DNA from: Eledone cirrhosa
Lineage: Eukaryota
Length of the DNA stretch: 64,000 nucleotides
Direction of reading: 5' to 3'
Assembly: GCA_964016885.1 (NCBI GenBank)
Contig: OZ024740.1
Coordinates: 302,436,001 to 302,500,000, forward strand
Position 1 is the first letter of the stretch. Each line of letters begins with the position of its first letter. The notes beneath the pieces were generated by a model. That model was not told the origin of the DNA. It saw only the letters and a list, made by a program, of their open reading frames with translations, and searched no databases. The position numbers and the translations under genes were made by a program. Positions 1 through 12,551 of this stretch are shown in pieces.

Positions 1-1684
1 CATCTAATTCAGTATATCTTAACACAGACAATATGCAAACATTTAAGTTATATATTACTTAGCATCTGTAAGCGTTAGATAGCGTACAACTACATGAATA
101 CACCAAAGAGTTGAAGTTTTAAAGGATTAAAGAACTGAGGATAGAATTTAGTTGTTGGAGTGGTCGTTGGCTCACCCCTCTTCATGTATGCTTATGTATT
201 TTAGTCCGAGTTATTTGGAGCATACAATTTATCTGTCTTTCATCACGCTATTTGTATTTCCTAATGTAGACTAACCTCTATTGTCTCTGCTTTGTTCTCA
301 AGTCTGGCAAATATATCTCAATTGTCTTTTACTATCACTTGTCTGTTGCGTTCCATTACAGCAACTGTTTTTGTTGTAGTTGCTGTTTCGATTTATTTTC
401 TTTTTGAACGCTGTCGTTATTGTTATTATTATTCGTCTGTTTACTTTCTGTTTGAATTGATTCATCATATATTTCTTATTTCCATTTTGCTCTTTCCCAT
501 TTATGTGTATCTTTTCATCTCGGTTGGTAACGTCCCTCAGCAAATATTTCCACATCTTCTTCATCCATTATTGCTGTCATTATTCTAGGATATATTGATT
601 GATTCGTTTGTTTCTTGCTTGTTATATACACAAGCTATATTTGCTGGTTTATGATGTATTCTTAGTTCTCGGTCTAGCTACTTGTATTTCATTCTGATTT
701 ACACTCCTACATAGCTTATACTCCACTGTGAAATCTACTTAACTCATATTCTCGCTTTTCCATACATTCTGATATATTCCAATTTACTAAAGCAAGATGG
801 CGTAAACTTCTCTCACTCTACTACTCATTCAGTCAACGCTAATCTCTCGCTATTATCAAATGCCTTATATTAAATATTCACCACTAATCTTCAATGTATG
901 TTTACATCTACTTCATTATAATTCAATTAAAACATATTTCACCAAATTCTTTACTTCCCTTATTATAGCCATCCTACAATCATAGTAACTTACTTTTAAA
1001 TAATTCATTCTAAAATCTGTTTTAGTCTGAACTCTACTGAGATCTTTGAACCGAACATATATTTTAAATAACTTATACTTGGTGAAGACTAAATCCTACG
1101 GAAAATAGCAACGGTTGGCGTCGGAAAATAAAAAAACGATTTCATATATTTATTTCTTATTCTTAGAAATGTTTCTTCCTCGATGCGTCCGAAAATATCT
1201 TTACTTACATTGCAAGTACTCATTTATATTTCGTTCTACAATTTACCTGCCATCCTTTACCGTTTATTTCATTCAGAAGTGAATCCACACCTCACAATCC
1301 ATTTATATTAATATCGACATTGGTGTATCTTACGGTTTCATCTTAAACCTACTTGAACCTACTAGATTTTGCTGGCTTACCAGGTCGTTAATGAACCGAG
1401 GCGTATATTATGTTTGACAATCGCTGAATTTAGAGTTATATTTTACTAAAATCTAATTCAGTTACGCATGGAAATAAACTTTTAAACACCGAATACTGAG
1501 TTACCTAATGAACATTGATTTTTATCAACACAATTCCATACTGGGTTTCTACATATGCTTGACTTGAACTTCACTCCAAATTAGATTTCAACATGGCTGA
1601 ACTGCTAATACTGAGCATTAGAATGAACACTGGGCTTATTGTACCTCACTCTGATTTATTGAATTCTAAACATTGCTAATATAT

Positions 1685-2140
1685 CTTCTTCTTCTTCTTT
1701 TTCTTTTTCTTTTCCTTTTCATTTTATTTTTATTTTTTCCTTCTTCCTTTATCTTACCCTTTTCCTTTTCCTTTTCTTCTTCTTTTCTTTTCCTTTTTCT
1801 TTTTTCTTTCTTTTTCTTTTCTTCTTCTTCTTCTTCTTCTTCTTTTTCTTCTTCTTCTTCGTCTGTTATTTTTCTCTTCTTTTTTTTTCTTCTTTTTCAT
1901 CTTTGTCTATTTTTGTTTTCTGTTTTCCCTTTTCTTTTTCTTTTTCTTTTTTCTTTTTTCTTTTTTCTTTTTTCTTTTTTCTTTTTTCTTTTTTCTTTTT
2001 TCTTTTTTCTTTTTTCCTTTTTTCTTTATACTTTTTCTTCTTCTTCGTCCACTTATTCCTGAAAGGGTCATGAGGGAACAGATCTCAAACACTCCTTCCA
2101 GAAGATCCTATTAAAAGCAACCATCTCCAACTTCCGTAGG
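1685..2140 (-). mobile_element. RTE-type LINE 3' end with a decayed (GAA)n tail
   Basis: 2046-2135 is homologous to 2527-2610 (CCACTTAT.CCTGAAAG...CTCAAACACTC..TCCAG). 1685-2045 is a degenerate (TTC)/T-rich tract in the tail position. Confidence 0.55.
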
Positions 2141-2387
2141 TTATTTTGTACTCATTAATTAAGTTTTGTTGCAGTGAGATATTAGGCACCCATTTTATGT
2201 CACAGATGTACAGAACATATATGTGAGAACATTGGTATAAAAGTTTACAGATGTGAGACGTTAAGGACTGGTCTCAATGGAATTGATCTGTTCTATAAAA
2301 ATATATAAAGCTCGCTAATCAATCAAACCTACATTTAATACATTAAAATATTATCAAGCAAGATACGCTCTTCGCAATCGGTTGATT

Positions 2388-2830
2388 CTTCTTCTTCTTC
2401 TTCTTCTTCTTCTTCTTCTTCTTCTTCTTCTTCTTCTTCTTCTTCTTCTTCTTCTTCTTCTTCTTCTTCTTCTTCTTCTTCTTCTTCTTCTTCTTCTTCT
2501 TCTTCTTCTTCTTCTTCTTCTTCTTCCTCGGCCACTTATACCTGAAAGTGGCCGAGACCTCAAACACTCTTTCCAGCAGGTCCTGTTAAAATCAACGCTC
2601 TCCAACGCTCGGTGGATCCGCAAGGGTGACCAGTCGAGCTTATAGGTATTATCCAACCATCTTGCTCCGTGTGTTGTCCATAAAATCTGTCCAGCAATCT
2701 TGAGACATTCTAATCACATCACCTGCTCGTAGTATTGGAGTTGTGATCTCTCAATTTGTAGAAGTAGCGGCTCTAGCTGAAGCGATCCCCTGATCTGCAA
2801 ACTATGCACTTTGTGGAGTAACGTTACTTC
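2388..2830 (-). mobile_element. RTE-type LINE 3' fragment with (GAA)n tail
   Basis: Perfect (TTC)n at 2388-2526. The adjacent sequence resembles the 3' region of the RTE copy at 31104-31400 (shared AACCATCTTGCTC; R-W-x-D type C-terminal peptide on the minus strand). Confidence 0.65.
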
Positions 2831-4639
2831 GAGTTACTTCGATTTGGGGAGATTAAGAATTTTGGGATTCTACAGTGGCGTCATGCTTGGGTTTGGGTGT
2901 AGTTCTTAATTCCAAATTTGAGTTTAAGTATTTCGCTTTAGAAGCTCGTGGTTTCCAGTTATAACTTACTATGAGCCCACTTAGTCAAGTGTTCTCAACT
3001 GTAGGCCTGAATTCAGCAATACACAGTGAGTTAAATATGCGTGTCTCTGTTACTCTGTTTGCGTTTGAGTTTGTATTTTTGTGTTAAGTTCTGGTTCAAC
3101 AAATAGAGATCGCTAAAATAAGTACCAAACCTGGACAATTTATACTATGGGGTTGTTATGACCAGCTCAATCTCTTTATGATGGGCCAGCAGCATGGACA
3201 ATATCTAATGACTGAAGCAGGTACAGAGAAATAAAGTATAATACAAATATATGTGTGTGTGTTATAAGATTTTCACTGGAAGAACCACATTTAAAAATCA
3301 TCAACTGACTGATTTGTAATTCTTCAGTCATCGATAATTTGTTCCTCTCCTCGGTCTCTCTTATCCGATCTTCTGCACTAGTAAGCTGTATATCCATGAC
3401 TACCTACTCAAAACATCTACATTATTCAAATACGTCTGCTCAACATTTAGCCTGACGCTGAAAGTCATGGACTACATACGTTTCTATACCATTTCTCAGG
3501 AGAATTTCAACTATTAATCGTTTCCTCCATTCCTATCTTTCCAGTATGAACTTAATCGTGCAAACATTCAAGCTGAACATTAAATACGTTTGGCTCTACA
3601 GTCTAGGAGAGCCTTTAATATTCAAGTTTTCCTGAAACTAATACCAACACATCAGCAAGAATCACAATGCTTTCAATAATTAAAGAAAATAAATTCATAC
3701 GAAACAATATTTGATAAGAATGTTGATGCCATGTGAATGTGATGACGTCAAATTTTATGACATCGGCTCTTAATGCCATATGGCCTGATGACATCTCCTT
3801 CTCGACTTTTGAAAATATGTTGCTTTGGTAACATCACTTCTGATGAGATATAGATTTAATGACATCACTTTTGACAACATAAGGATATTAAGGATATTCT
3901 GTAAAAATTAGAAATGACATATTAAAACGACTTACTTCGTAGGTGAGAAGTAATGCAATATATTGTTATAGGGGCAAAATAAAACATTTCTTAATTTTCT
4001 GTGTATGCCATTTGGAGGAAATTAATTCTGTGAGTTTAACTGAAAATGTAATAGAACTTTGACACTGCAACTAATACAGTTAAAACATCGTGTAAGATTA
4101 CAATTCTCTTGGAGAAATTTTCTTTTATTTTTGTTCATATAGGTAATGGCTTGCTTTTTATTTTTAAAAAGAATGCCTGTGGTTTTTATCCTTTATTACA
4201 CATATATAATTTTACAATGTGCCACTCGACAATTATTACAGAGTATTTATGACAACATATTATGAAGTAAATACTTTCTTCTTGCCGGCGGCAACTCAGC
4301 TTTGCGTTTAACCTCTGTAATATAACATTCGATATTTTTTATGAATGGGATTATTCTGGATTCACTAAGTGATGAATGGGATGTAGTAACCATTGGAGGA
4401 ACATACAGAAAGATATTAGCATCATTAAAACACCAGTAAGTTAAGATAAACCTATCTCACCGTTTAGAACAAAAGAAAACTTAATAATAGCTGATACTGA
4501 AAACATATTTGGAGCTTGGAAGACCATGACGTATGGACACCGCTGACGAAATATGTAGAATAAGGGGAGGGGACAAGATACCAGTTAGGTAATACAAAAC
4601 TATCCTTAATAAAGGAGAAAATGAATACTCACTTGTAGG

Positions 4640-5480
4640 ACACAAATCCTGGCAACTAAGCCACTATTCGTTATTTGCCAGGCGGAGACGAAGCAATGTG
4701 AGTCATTCATAAACTGATGTGTGCAGCGTTTTAAAATCATTCTTTTCGATTGTTCAGTACGAGCGTCGGGCGGTTATAACAGTGGCCTGTTTCAGCAACT
4801 ACCTCGTCGACAGGATTTGACTATCCATGGAAGGGACAATGCATAGCGAAGGGTCGACACCAATTGCTAACATAAGTGAGGTGGGCAGCTCTACGAGATG
4901 ATGCACCTGTCCTTGTTTGGATATGTAACCAAACGAAATTGACGAGTTTATGACAAACATTTGCGAGTTTATAACAGACGTATTCCCAAACTGGCATCAT
5001 AATGGGTGGTATAGTTCGCAGTACCGTTTGCCGGGGACTAGTATCGCTGCAGGAAATTACGTCAACGGAACCGTGATGGATAATTTTCGGTCCACGCAGG
5101 GTTTAAGATATTGGCCAAGCTATTTGCAAAGAGTCGGTGCTTGTTATTTGTGGTCAACTCAGGGAAATGCAAACGACACCTTCTACCTCAAGCGTGGTGA
5201 CTTAGAAACTATGCTTTCGGTGTTCTCTGAATAATTTGGATATTATTCAATGGGGTAGATCATGCCTTTGAGTAAGCCTTCATATATCATGGACGTAGCA
5301 TTGCCGAAAGTTTAATGCTTCACAAATATTTTATCAGGAGTTCGATACCACTGAGCGGCATTTGGGGGTAAATGTAATTTAGGGTAACCGCGGTCGACTC
5401 ATTCATTGAGAGTGAAACTTGTTAGTCAGAAGCAGTTCGGAAGACCGTTGGAAGACTCTTACTCAATGTAAGAATCTCAC
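4640..5480 (+). pseudogene. Heavily degraded Gypsy-like integrase remnant (tentative)
   Basis: Scattered motifs in mixed frames, in integrase order: a C-x-x-C-like segment (~4715), PW (~4826), AVP (~5019), TT-x-FY-x-Q-like (~5172), then MLSVF. Many frameshifts. Confidence 0.35.
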
Positions 5481-6210
5481 TGATAAATAGGTTATATGTA
5501 CACGGGTCTGTAGAATGCGCAAACACGTTTATTCCGTTAACAAAGTGTTTCTTTGATCGAAGAAATGGAATGTTCATCGTTATAAGCAATGGAGGCCCTA
5601 TACATTCTATTTATTTGTAATTTTGATTTCATTCTGAGGGGAATTACAAAGCAGAGAGAAATAGACGATAGGATCGTTAACACAACATTCCATGTAGCGG
5701 CTCACGAAATTGAAGATTTGAACAAATATAATTCCTGCATATATGTATACCGAATATACAAACCATTCCCTTACTCTTGATATCTTCTATCATCATCTCT
5801 ATATCCCACTCTATTTTGCTCTCTTTCTTGCTCTCAACAATTCCAGTAAAATGAAATGCGTACAACTGGGTTTTCTTTACTTCGTGTCTTATCTCCAATC
5901 TGTTGTCTTTGCTTCAGTTGAAGAAGATAAATTACTGTAATGTAAAGTGACTAGCGACATAATAATTTAGCTTCCTACCTGGTATAGGTATTGATCGATC
6001 GCTCCAGGTGTCAGGAGTAAATCAGCTTTTGCCAAACACGACAAACAACAACGACCAGCATAGTATAGCATGTATACAGTACTACATACACTTCCAATAT
6101 CTGATTTTCGCTACGTTTCTAATAGTATATCTAGATTTTTAGTCTTGATCACTGCTTGCTTCGTCTTCCACATACTACATACAAATTCGACAAAACATGC
6201 TCTCGAGTCT

Positions 6211-6303
6211 GTATGTATGTATGTATGTATGTATGTATGTATGTATGTATGTATGTATGTATGTATGTATGTATGTATGTATGTATGTATGTATGTATGT
6301 ATG

Positions 6304-6334
<31 letters not shown>

Positions 6335-6371
6335 GTATGTATGTATGTATGTATGTATGTATGTATGTATG
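6211..6371. repeat. (TATG)n microsatellite
   Basis: Direct reading. Confidence 0.97.
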
Positions 6372-7010
6372 TGCGTAAGGAAGTATATATGTATCTATTA
6401 TTTCTCTCTTTATTTTAAACAAACATGTGAACGCACTTATGGTTATGATTATATACATACTCACACACATATATGTATAATATATATATGTATGTCTCTA
6501 TTTTTCTCATTCTCTCTGTCTCTCTCTCACTCTCTCACTCTCTCTCTCACTCTCTCTCTCTCATTATGTATATATATAGATAGATAGATGGATAGAGAGA
6601 TAGAGAGATACATAGATATATCGGGTTAATTTGTGAGTGTGCATGCATGTATGTATGCAGTGGCGGACTGGCCAGGTTGCCAGGTTGCCAGATTATCCAA
6701 GGGAAGGTGGGACCCATGTGGCACACGGTAGCATTGCACGGCCCACTATAGAGGCCAATGCTTTCCTTTAAAAAAATACCTGAAGTCTAAGAGAAACAAT
6801 GATTTTTTAACAGATAAAACAATTAAGGAGCGGGGGAAATGAAGTGCAACAGAAATGAGACATTGATAAAAGGTTAAACTATAATCTAGATAGAAGAGAA
6901 ACAAAACGAGGATGTAGTTTATGGAAGACCCAAATGGTATAGAAGTCAACCTTAAGTAGGGGCAATGACTCTAAGAAAGAGAAGAAAGACACCACATTTT
7001 GAAATATGTT

Positions 7011-7292
7011 TATAAGTATGAATTTTCATATGATATTCGTAGCTGTCACAGTGGACTAGAGGTAGGGACCGGAGTCGGTGGAGGTCTTGGGTTCAATCCT
7101 GGTCGAGAGGTGCATGTAATCTTTTTTCAGTTTTTTATTTTACATCCCATAGAAACAAACTGAAAAGGTTTACATGGAACCGTACTCCCGACCAGGATCG
7201 AACTTCATACAAGGACCACCACCGTCTATGATTCCTCCAACTAAGCCGCCGAGACAGCTACAACGACATAATGAAAATTCATAATTATAAGC
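7011..7292. repeat. Inverted pair of tRNA-like (Pol III) units
   Basis: Arms 7011-7137 and 7153-7292 are diverged reverse complements. Each has an A-box-like and a B-box motif (GGTTCAATCC / AGTTCGATCC) followed by a T-run. Confidence 0.6.
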
Positions 7293-7621
7293 CTACTTAT
7301 AAAATCAAAGTTAAAAAGTGGTAGTGGTGTCGTTCATGGCTTTCCTAGAGCTATTAGTCATATTTATTCCAGGGATCCGCATTAGCATTGCAGGGCCGCT
7401 GAAGTCTAAGAGAAAGAATAAATATTTTGTTTAATAAATAAAACAATTAAGCAAATAATTTGGTCAACCAATTCCACAGGGAATGAATAGAAACCAAAAT
7501 ATATGATAGTGCAAGTAGCTGAAACAAGTGGTTGTACATTCTATTAGGTCTAAACCTTAGTGTATTGATTTATGCATGCAAACTTACATATATGGACACA
7601 AACATATATATATATATATAT

Positions 7622-7723
<102 letters not shown>

Positions 7724-7887
7724 ATATTTATATATATATATATATACAATGTCAATTAGATCCCTAGAGAGTTTTGTGCAAGTTGAAAACATGTTATGTA
7801 TGCATATATATAAATCTATAAATATACATGTACACGCACACATGTACACACAATTCCATATATATATGTATGTATGCATATATATAT

Positions 7888-8483
7888 GTCAGGCCACCAG
7901 TTAGTGCTACTGGTAACATGTATTCCAGTACAACCCGTCTCATGGTCAGGTCGTTGGCGACTAAACTGGCAACCAATGTTTCTTGGTGAGGAGGGTGACT
8001 TTGGACATCCTGCAGGACAAAAAACAAAACCTGTCAAAGGGCAAAGGAGCTCTTAAGAGTCAATGGCCATCCAAAATCACCGGCAGAGATGACCCCTTAG
8101 CCTTTGTCAAGGAAGAATTCTAGGAGAAGGAATACTCTGATACCTGCAATCCTGATGGTATCCAATGATGTTGACTTGTTCTTCTTTTTGGTAAATATCA
8201 TCTTGGTTAAGAGAGTGGGACTGGCTTTGTGCAGTGCCTTTGCTCACTATAAAAGCTTCACGGCACATGCATTGCTTTATATCTGGAGATCTCTCTGCAC
8301 TTGTCGTCACATGATACCATGGGCCCAGCACTATGTGTCAATAATTGTCACAAGTGTAGTGTTTGTACCAGAGTTTTCAAGTCGCTGGCTGGACTAAAAT
8401 GTCACTCGTTCAGCGCATCGGTAGGGGTTCTCCTACATGGATATAAAGTAGTGGCCGTACTCGAAGACGAGTTGGCAGCCACC
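7888..8483 (+). mobile_element. RTE (BovB-like) LINE 3' fragment in (TA)n
   Basis: Frameshifted RL-WSG..., MFLGE...GQK and C-terminal zinc knuckle HKCSVCTRVFKSLAGLKCH. A second copy lies at 46218-46630. Confidence 0.65.
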
Positions 8484-8697
8484 ATATATATATATATATA
8501 TATTGAGTGTGAAAGACCAAAGGTCATTATTGAAAGTCTCTGGATATCGCAAAATACACATTTCTTAGTGGAGAAGGTAACATATTTTTCCGCAAAAATT
8601 CGATTGCACTGTTTTGTTTTCATCTATGTATTTTTTTTTAAATGCTATCCTGGCAACAAATAATTTTAGACACACTCCGACACTCTATCTATATATA

Positions 8698-8882
8698 ATT
8701 GTTTCTACTTTAGGCACAAGGCCAGCAATTACCCAGTGCATTACTGGTACTTTATTCTATCGACCCCGTAAGGATAAAAGGTAAAGTCAACCTCGGCGGG
8801 ATTTGAACTCAGATCGTAAAGGGACGTAACTATGCTGGAAAGCATGGCGGCCGACCCTCTACCGATACTGCCAATCCACCGC
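8698..8882 (-). mobile_element. tRNA-derived SINE (Nin/Deu-like central domain)
   Basis: Minus strand reads B-box GAGTTCAAATCC followed by GCCGAGGTTGACTTTACC...GGGGTCGATAGAATAAAGTACCAGT. Four further copies occur in the window. Confidence 0.8.
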
Positions 8883-9404
8883 TATATATAATGCCAATCA
8901 TTGTAAGTTTGAATCTAACTGACATGCAAAAACATATATATATGATAAGGTAAGTCCAAATCATTATAGATTCAAATATCACAAAGAGGAGGAAAGAGAG
9001 ATAGGGTTGGGCGGCGGTGAAAAATGATGTGCAACAGAAATGAGACCTTGATTACAGGTTACAGTATGGTCTAGATAGATGAGAAACAAAACGAGGATGT
9101 AGTTTATGGAGGACCCAAATGATTTAGAAGTCGAACTTATATAGGTGCAATAACATTAAGAAGGACTTGAACGTGACCACATCATTTTGTATTAAAGGTA
9201 GGTTTATAAGTATAAATTTTCATACAATATTTGTAGCTGGCTTAGTGGTTTCCTAGAGCTATTAGTCATATTTATTGCAGGGACCCGCATTAGTTATATT
9301 TAGGGTCGACTTGTCAATCGTCTGGCCCTTTGGCAACATTATTCCTATGAGTGTTTAACTGTTGAATTAATTTAATTTGATTGTTTTAACAAACATATAA
9401 TATA

Positions 9405-9844
9405 TATTAAATAGAAAACATGAATGGAATAGCAACATTACAACTTACAATTAAGGACAAAATGAAAACACACGCACACATAGAACAAACAACCAACCAG
9501 TAACATGTAAATAAACAAATAAATAAACAAATATAAACAAACACAGACACCCGGATGTAACACATGCGTAAACTAAGCACACAACGCACACAAAAACAAG
9601 ATGGCGTAGGACAGAACAAAGGAGAGGCACAAAAACAAAGAAAAGAATCCCGAGTCACTGAAGAGGTGACAGAATGTGTGACAAAAGAACTTTGACAATA
9701 TATGAACAATCGTCTGGTTGAGGAACCAACCAACCAACGGGAAATTTATAAATTCTTAAATTTATAAATTTAATTTATAATAAATTGAGGTGAAAGCAAC
9801 TGGTGTGTGTGTTTCTTATTGGCCACATGACCCTCCCAAAGCAT

Positions 9845-9850
<6 letters not shown>
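9405..9850 (+). mobile_element. PLE family 1, 3' fragment (ORF end + pLTR with degenerate HHR 9654-9696)
   Basis: Near-identical to 14787-15220; ends ATGACCCTCCCAAAGCATAACAA then (TA)n. The HHR GAAA is mutated to AAAA. Confidence 0.85.
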
Positions 9851-9903
<53 letters not shown>

Positions 9904-10040
9904 GGTTTGAGGTTCACCACTGATTAGAGCTGGTCAATTCCGCATGGTCAATCTTAATGTAATAATAAGGAGAGTACTCAACGTAAAGCAGTTCAACCGT
10001 CTTTGTTTTTGTAGTTGGTGGTGCTAGTACGGAGTTAACT

Positions 10041-10303
10041 ATTATAATTAAATGACAGGAGGCTGGACTTGTGTAAATCCTTGAAAGGTTTATTATACTA
10101 TGATCATTTCAATGACCGGGTTCCGTATGAATCCGGTGATATCATCAGATATTCGAAATATAATAAATTAATGTAATAGATAAAATCCATGGGGCTGAAA
10201 ATCGATCACCGGATTCATACGGAACACGGTCATTGAAATGATCATAGTATAATAAACCTTTCATGGATTTACACAAGTCCAGCCTCCTGTCATTTCATTA
10301 TAA
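10041..10303. repeat. ~100-bp inverted repeat carrying a type I HHR (10095-10152, minus strand); PLE pLTR remnant
   Basis: Arms 10041-10140 and 10204-10303. Minus strand: ATAT CTGATGA (stem II) GAAA TGATCA TA GTAT, with palindromic stem III. Confidence 0.75.
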
Positions 10304-10345
10304 CATTATAACATTATATATATATATGTATATATGAAAAAGTTT

Positions 10346-10414
10346 GTCCTCATCAGTGGCCATCCAACCGTCGTAGGCATTTCGTCGCATTAAAGGCCAT
10401 ATACCTCAGGTTGG
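10346..10414 (-). ncRNA. Rearranged (non-circularly permuted, pseudoknotted) hammerhead ribozyme, copy A1
   Basis: CCAACC UGA GGUAU A^UGGCC UUUAAUGCGA C GAA AUGCC UAC GA C GGUUGG AU GGCCA CUGAUGA G. Stems covary with copy B. Confidence 0.7.
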
Positions 10415-10967
10415 TGCGAGCAACGGCTAAAAAAAAGTCGTTGAGACACGTAAATAAGGGGGACGCTAGGGTAAACGAACAAAATGGTTTAAGCAGCAGA
10501 AAGTGATGAAGAAGGAAACAAGTCCCAGATTTCTATGAATATAAATTCGGTGGAATCGTGAACGAGAGAATAAAGACCATCAAACCTGGTTGAAATGTGA
10601 GCAAGGAAGGAATTTCGCACAGGTCTAACGGGAGGAAGAAGGGGTCTGGTCTGCGAATTCGGTAAACATAAGTTCTGTGCAGTCGCAGACGAGAGAGAGA
10701 GAGAAAAAAATTCCTACCGGCTTGGCCAAGTGTCCGCGAGAAAAGGATTATGGACAGGTCAAACGGGAAGAAAGGGGAGGAGGAGAGGTAGTGACAGAGA
10801 GTGAGTGAGTGAAAGGTGAGGAAGAGGCTAACAGAGAGAGAGACTACTAGAAAGGGTAAAGACACAAAGACCGAAACAGACTGGTGGCAGCGGAGGAAAA
10901 AATATATGTGTAAATATGATAATAATGGAGCTGCGGCGCTGCAAATGGGTTACGTATGAAAAGGTTT

Positions 10968-11036
10968 GTCCTCATCAGTGGCCATCCAACCGTCGTAGGC
11001 ATTTCGTCGCATTAAAGGCCATATACCTCAGATTGG
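10968..11036 (-). ncRNA. Rearranged hammerhead ribozyme, copy A2
   Basis: Same as A1 except CCAAUC, which keeps pairing with GGUUGG through a U-G wobble. Confidence 0.7.
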
Positions 11037-11154
11037 TGCGAGCAACGGCTAAAAAAAATGTCGTTGGGACACGTAAACAAGGGGGACGCTAGGGTAAACG
11101 AACAAAATAGTTTAAGCAGCAGAAAGTGATGAAGAAGGAAATATATATATATAT

Positions 11155-11593
11155 ATATGTATGTATGTATGTATACGTACATACATATATGTATACAGAC
11201 GTACAGTAGCATATATATATATATATATATACATATATACATACAGGTACACATACATATATGCACGCATCAGTTTAGCGGTATGCCTGACCGGTATGCC
11301 TGACCGATTTAACTCACTCAATATGCAAATTAGGCTGCTCAGCCGTTAATTTTCATAAGGAAAGTATATACTTTCTAACGTTCAACTATCTGGCAGATGG
11401 GTATACGGTGCTGATGATAGCTAACAAGCTTGAAACTAGTACATCGTTCCTGTGTCAGTGTTGAACAAAAAGGTGACGTGGTTGCCTTAACACCGTATGG
11501 CATAAATTCAGCTGTTCAGTTTGTTTACAAACGAACAAAGCAGCGTTATAATAAGCGTCCGCTAAACTGATGCGTGCATATATGTATGTGTAC

Positions 11594-11648
<55 letters not shown>

Positions 11649-12083
11649 TGCTACTGTACGTCTGTATACATATATGTATGTACGTATACATACATACTTA
11701 CATTTAAGTAAGTGCCATACTAAGAGTGAGAAATGAAATTTCGTTTTCATTTTATTTCAACTTATCGTTTTCGGTATGCCTGACCGATTTAACTCACTCA
11801 ATATGCAAATTAGGCTGCTCAGCCGTTAATTTTCATAAGGAAAGTATCTACTTTCGAACGTTCAACCATCTGGCAGATGGGTATACGGTGCTGATTATAG
11901 CTAACAAGCTTGAAACTAGTACATCGTTCCTGTGTCAGTGTTGAACAAAAAGGTGACGTGGTTGCCTTAACACCGTATGGCATAAATTCAGGCTGTTCAG
12001 TTTGTTGACAAACGAACAAAGCGGCGTTATAATAAGCGTCCGCTAAACTGATGCGTGCATATATGTATGTGTACCTGTATGTA

Positions 12084-12163
<80 letters not shown>

Positions 12164-12280
12164 TGCTACTGTACGTCTGTATACATATATGTATGTACGT
12201 ATACATACATACTTACATTTAAGTAAGTGCCATACTAAGAGTGAGAAATGAAATTTCGTTTTCATTTTATTTCAACTTAT
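11155..12280 (+). mobile_element. Non-coding ~480-bp tandem element with minimal type I HHR and an inverted 5' piece (retrozyme / non-autonomous PLE-like)
   Basis: Unit 11293-11772 is repeated at 11773-12280. 11155-11280 is the reverse complement of ~11559-11697. Partial copies occur at ~37150-37420 and ~46760-46965. Confidence 0.75.
11406..11446 (+). ncRNA. Minimal type I hammerhead ribozyme
   Basis: CGGTG CTGATGA TAGCTAACAAGCTT GAAA CTAG TA CATCG: stem I CGGTG/CATCG, palindromic stem III ACTAGT, GUA site. The second unit (11886-11926) has core CTGATTA. Confidence 0.75.
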
Positions 12281-12384
12281 ATATATGTATATATATATAT
12301 GCAGAGGGATATTTATCCAGGCTGAATTTGAACCTTTAAGGTCTGATCCTGGCTATGTTACTATTTATAAAACAAATTTTGTAT

Positions 12385-12439
12385 TTTATCTCATGAGGGC
12401 GTACCAATGTTTTTGTACCCTTGAAATATATGTAATAGA
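12385..12439 (+). ncRNA. Degenerate type I HHR in a pLTR remnant; inverted partial copy at ~12640-12705
   Basis: TTTAT CTCATGA GGGCGTAC...GTACCCTT GAAA TATATG TA ATAGA; G5 is mutated to C. Confidence 0.55.
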
Positions 12440-12483
12440 ATAAATATGGTTTTATAAATATAGCTTCCATTTATTAATATCAT

Positions 12484-12551
<68 letters not shown>

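Larger units (their letters stand above)
10333..11141 (-). mobile_element. Non-coding retrozyme-like element (subfamily A) with ~185-bp terminal direct repeats, 622-bp period
   Basis: 10333-10519 is repeated at 10955-11141; both ends abut (TA)n; no credible ORF; each repeat carries the rearranged HHR. Confidence 0.75.

Noticed and set aside
3720-3885. CTGATGA occurrences at ~3786 and ~3840
   Set aside because: Part of a degenerate ~15-bp TGATGACATC-like minisatellite; no stem II/GAAA/stem I arrangement.
10346-10414. Twister, pistol or HDV-like interpretation of the pseudoknotted motif
   Set aside because: Their conserved residues are not matched, whereas CUGAYGA, GAAA and NUH with correctly registered stems I and III are.
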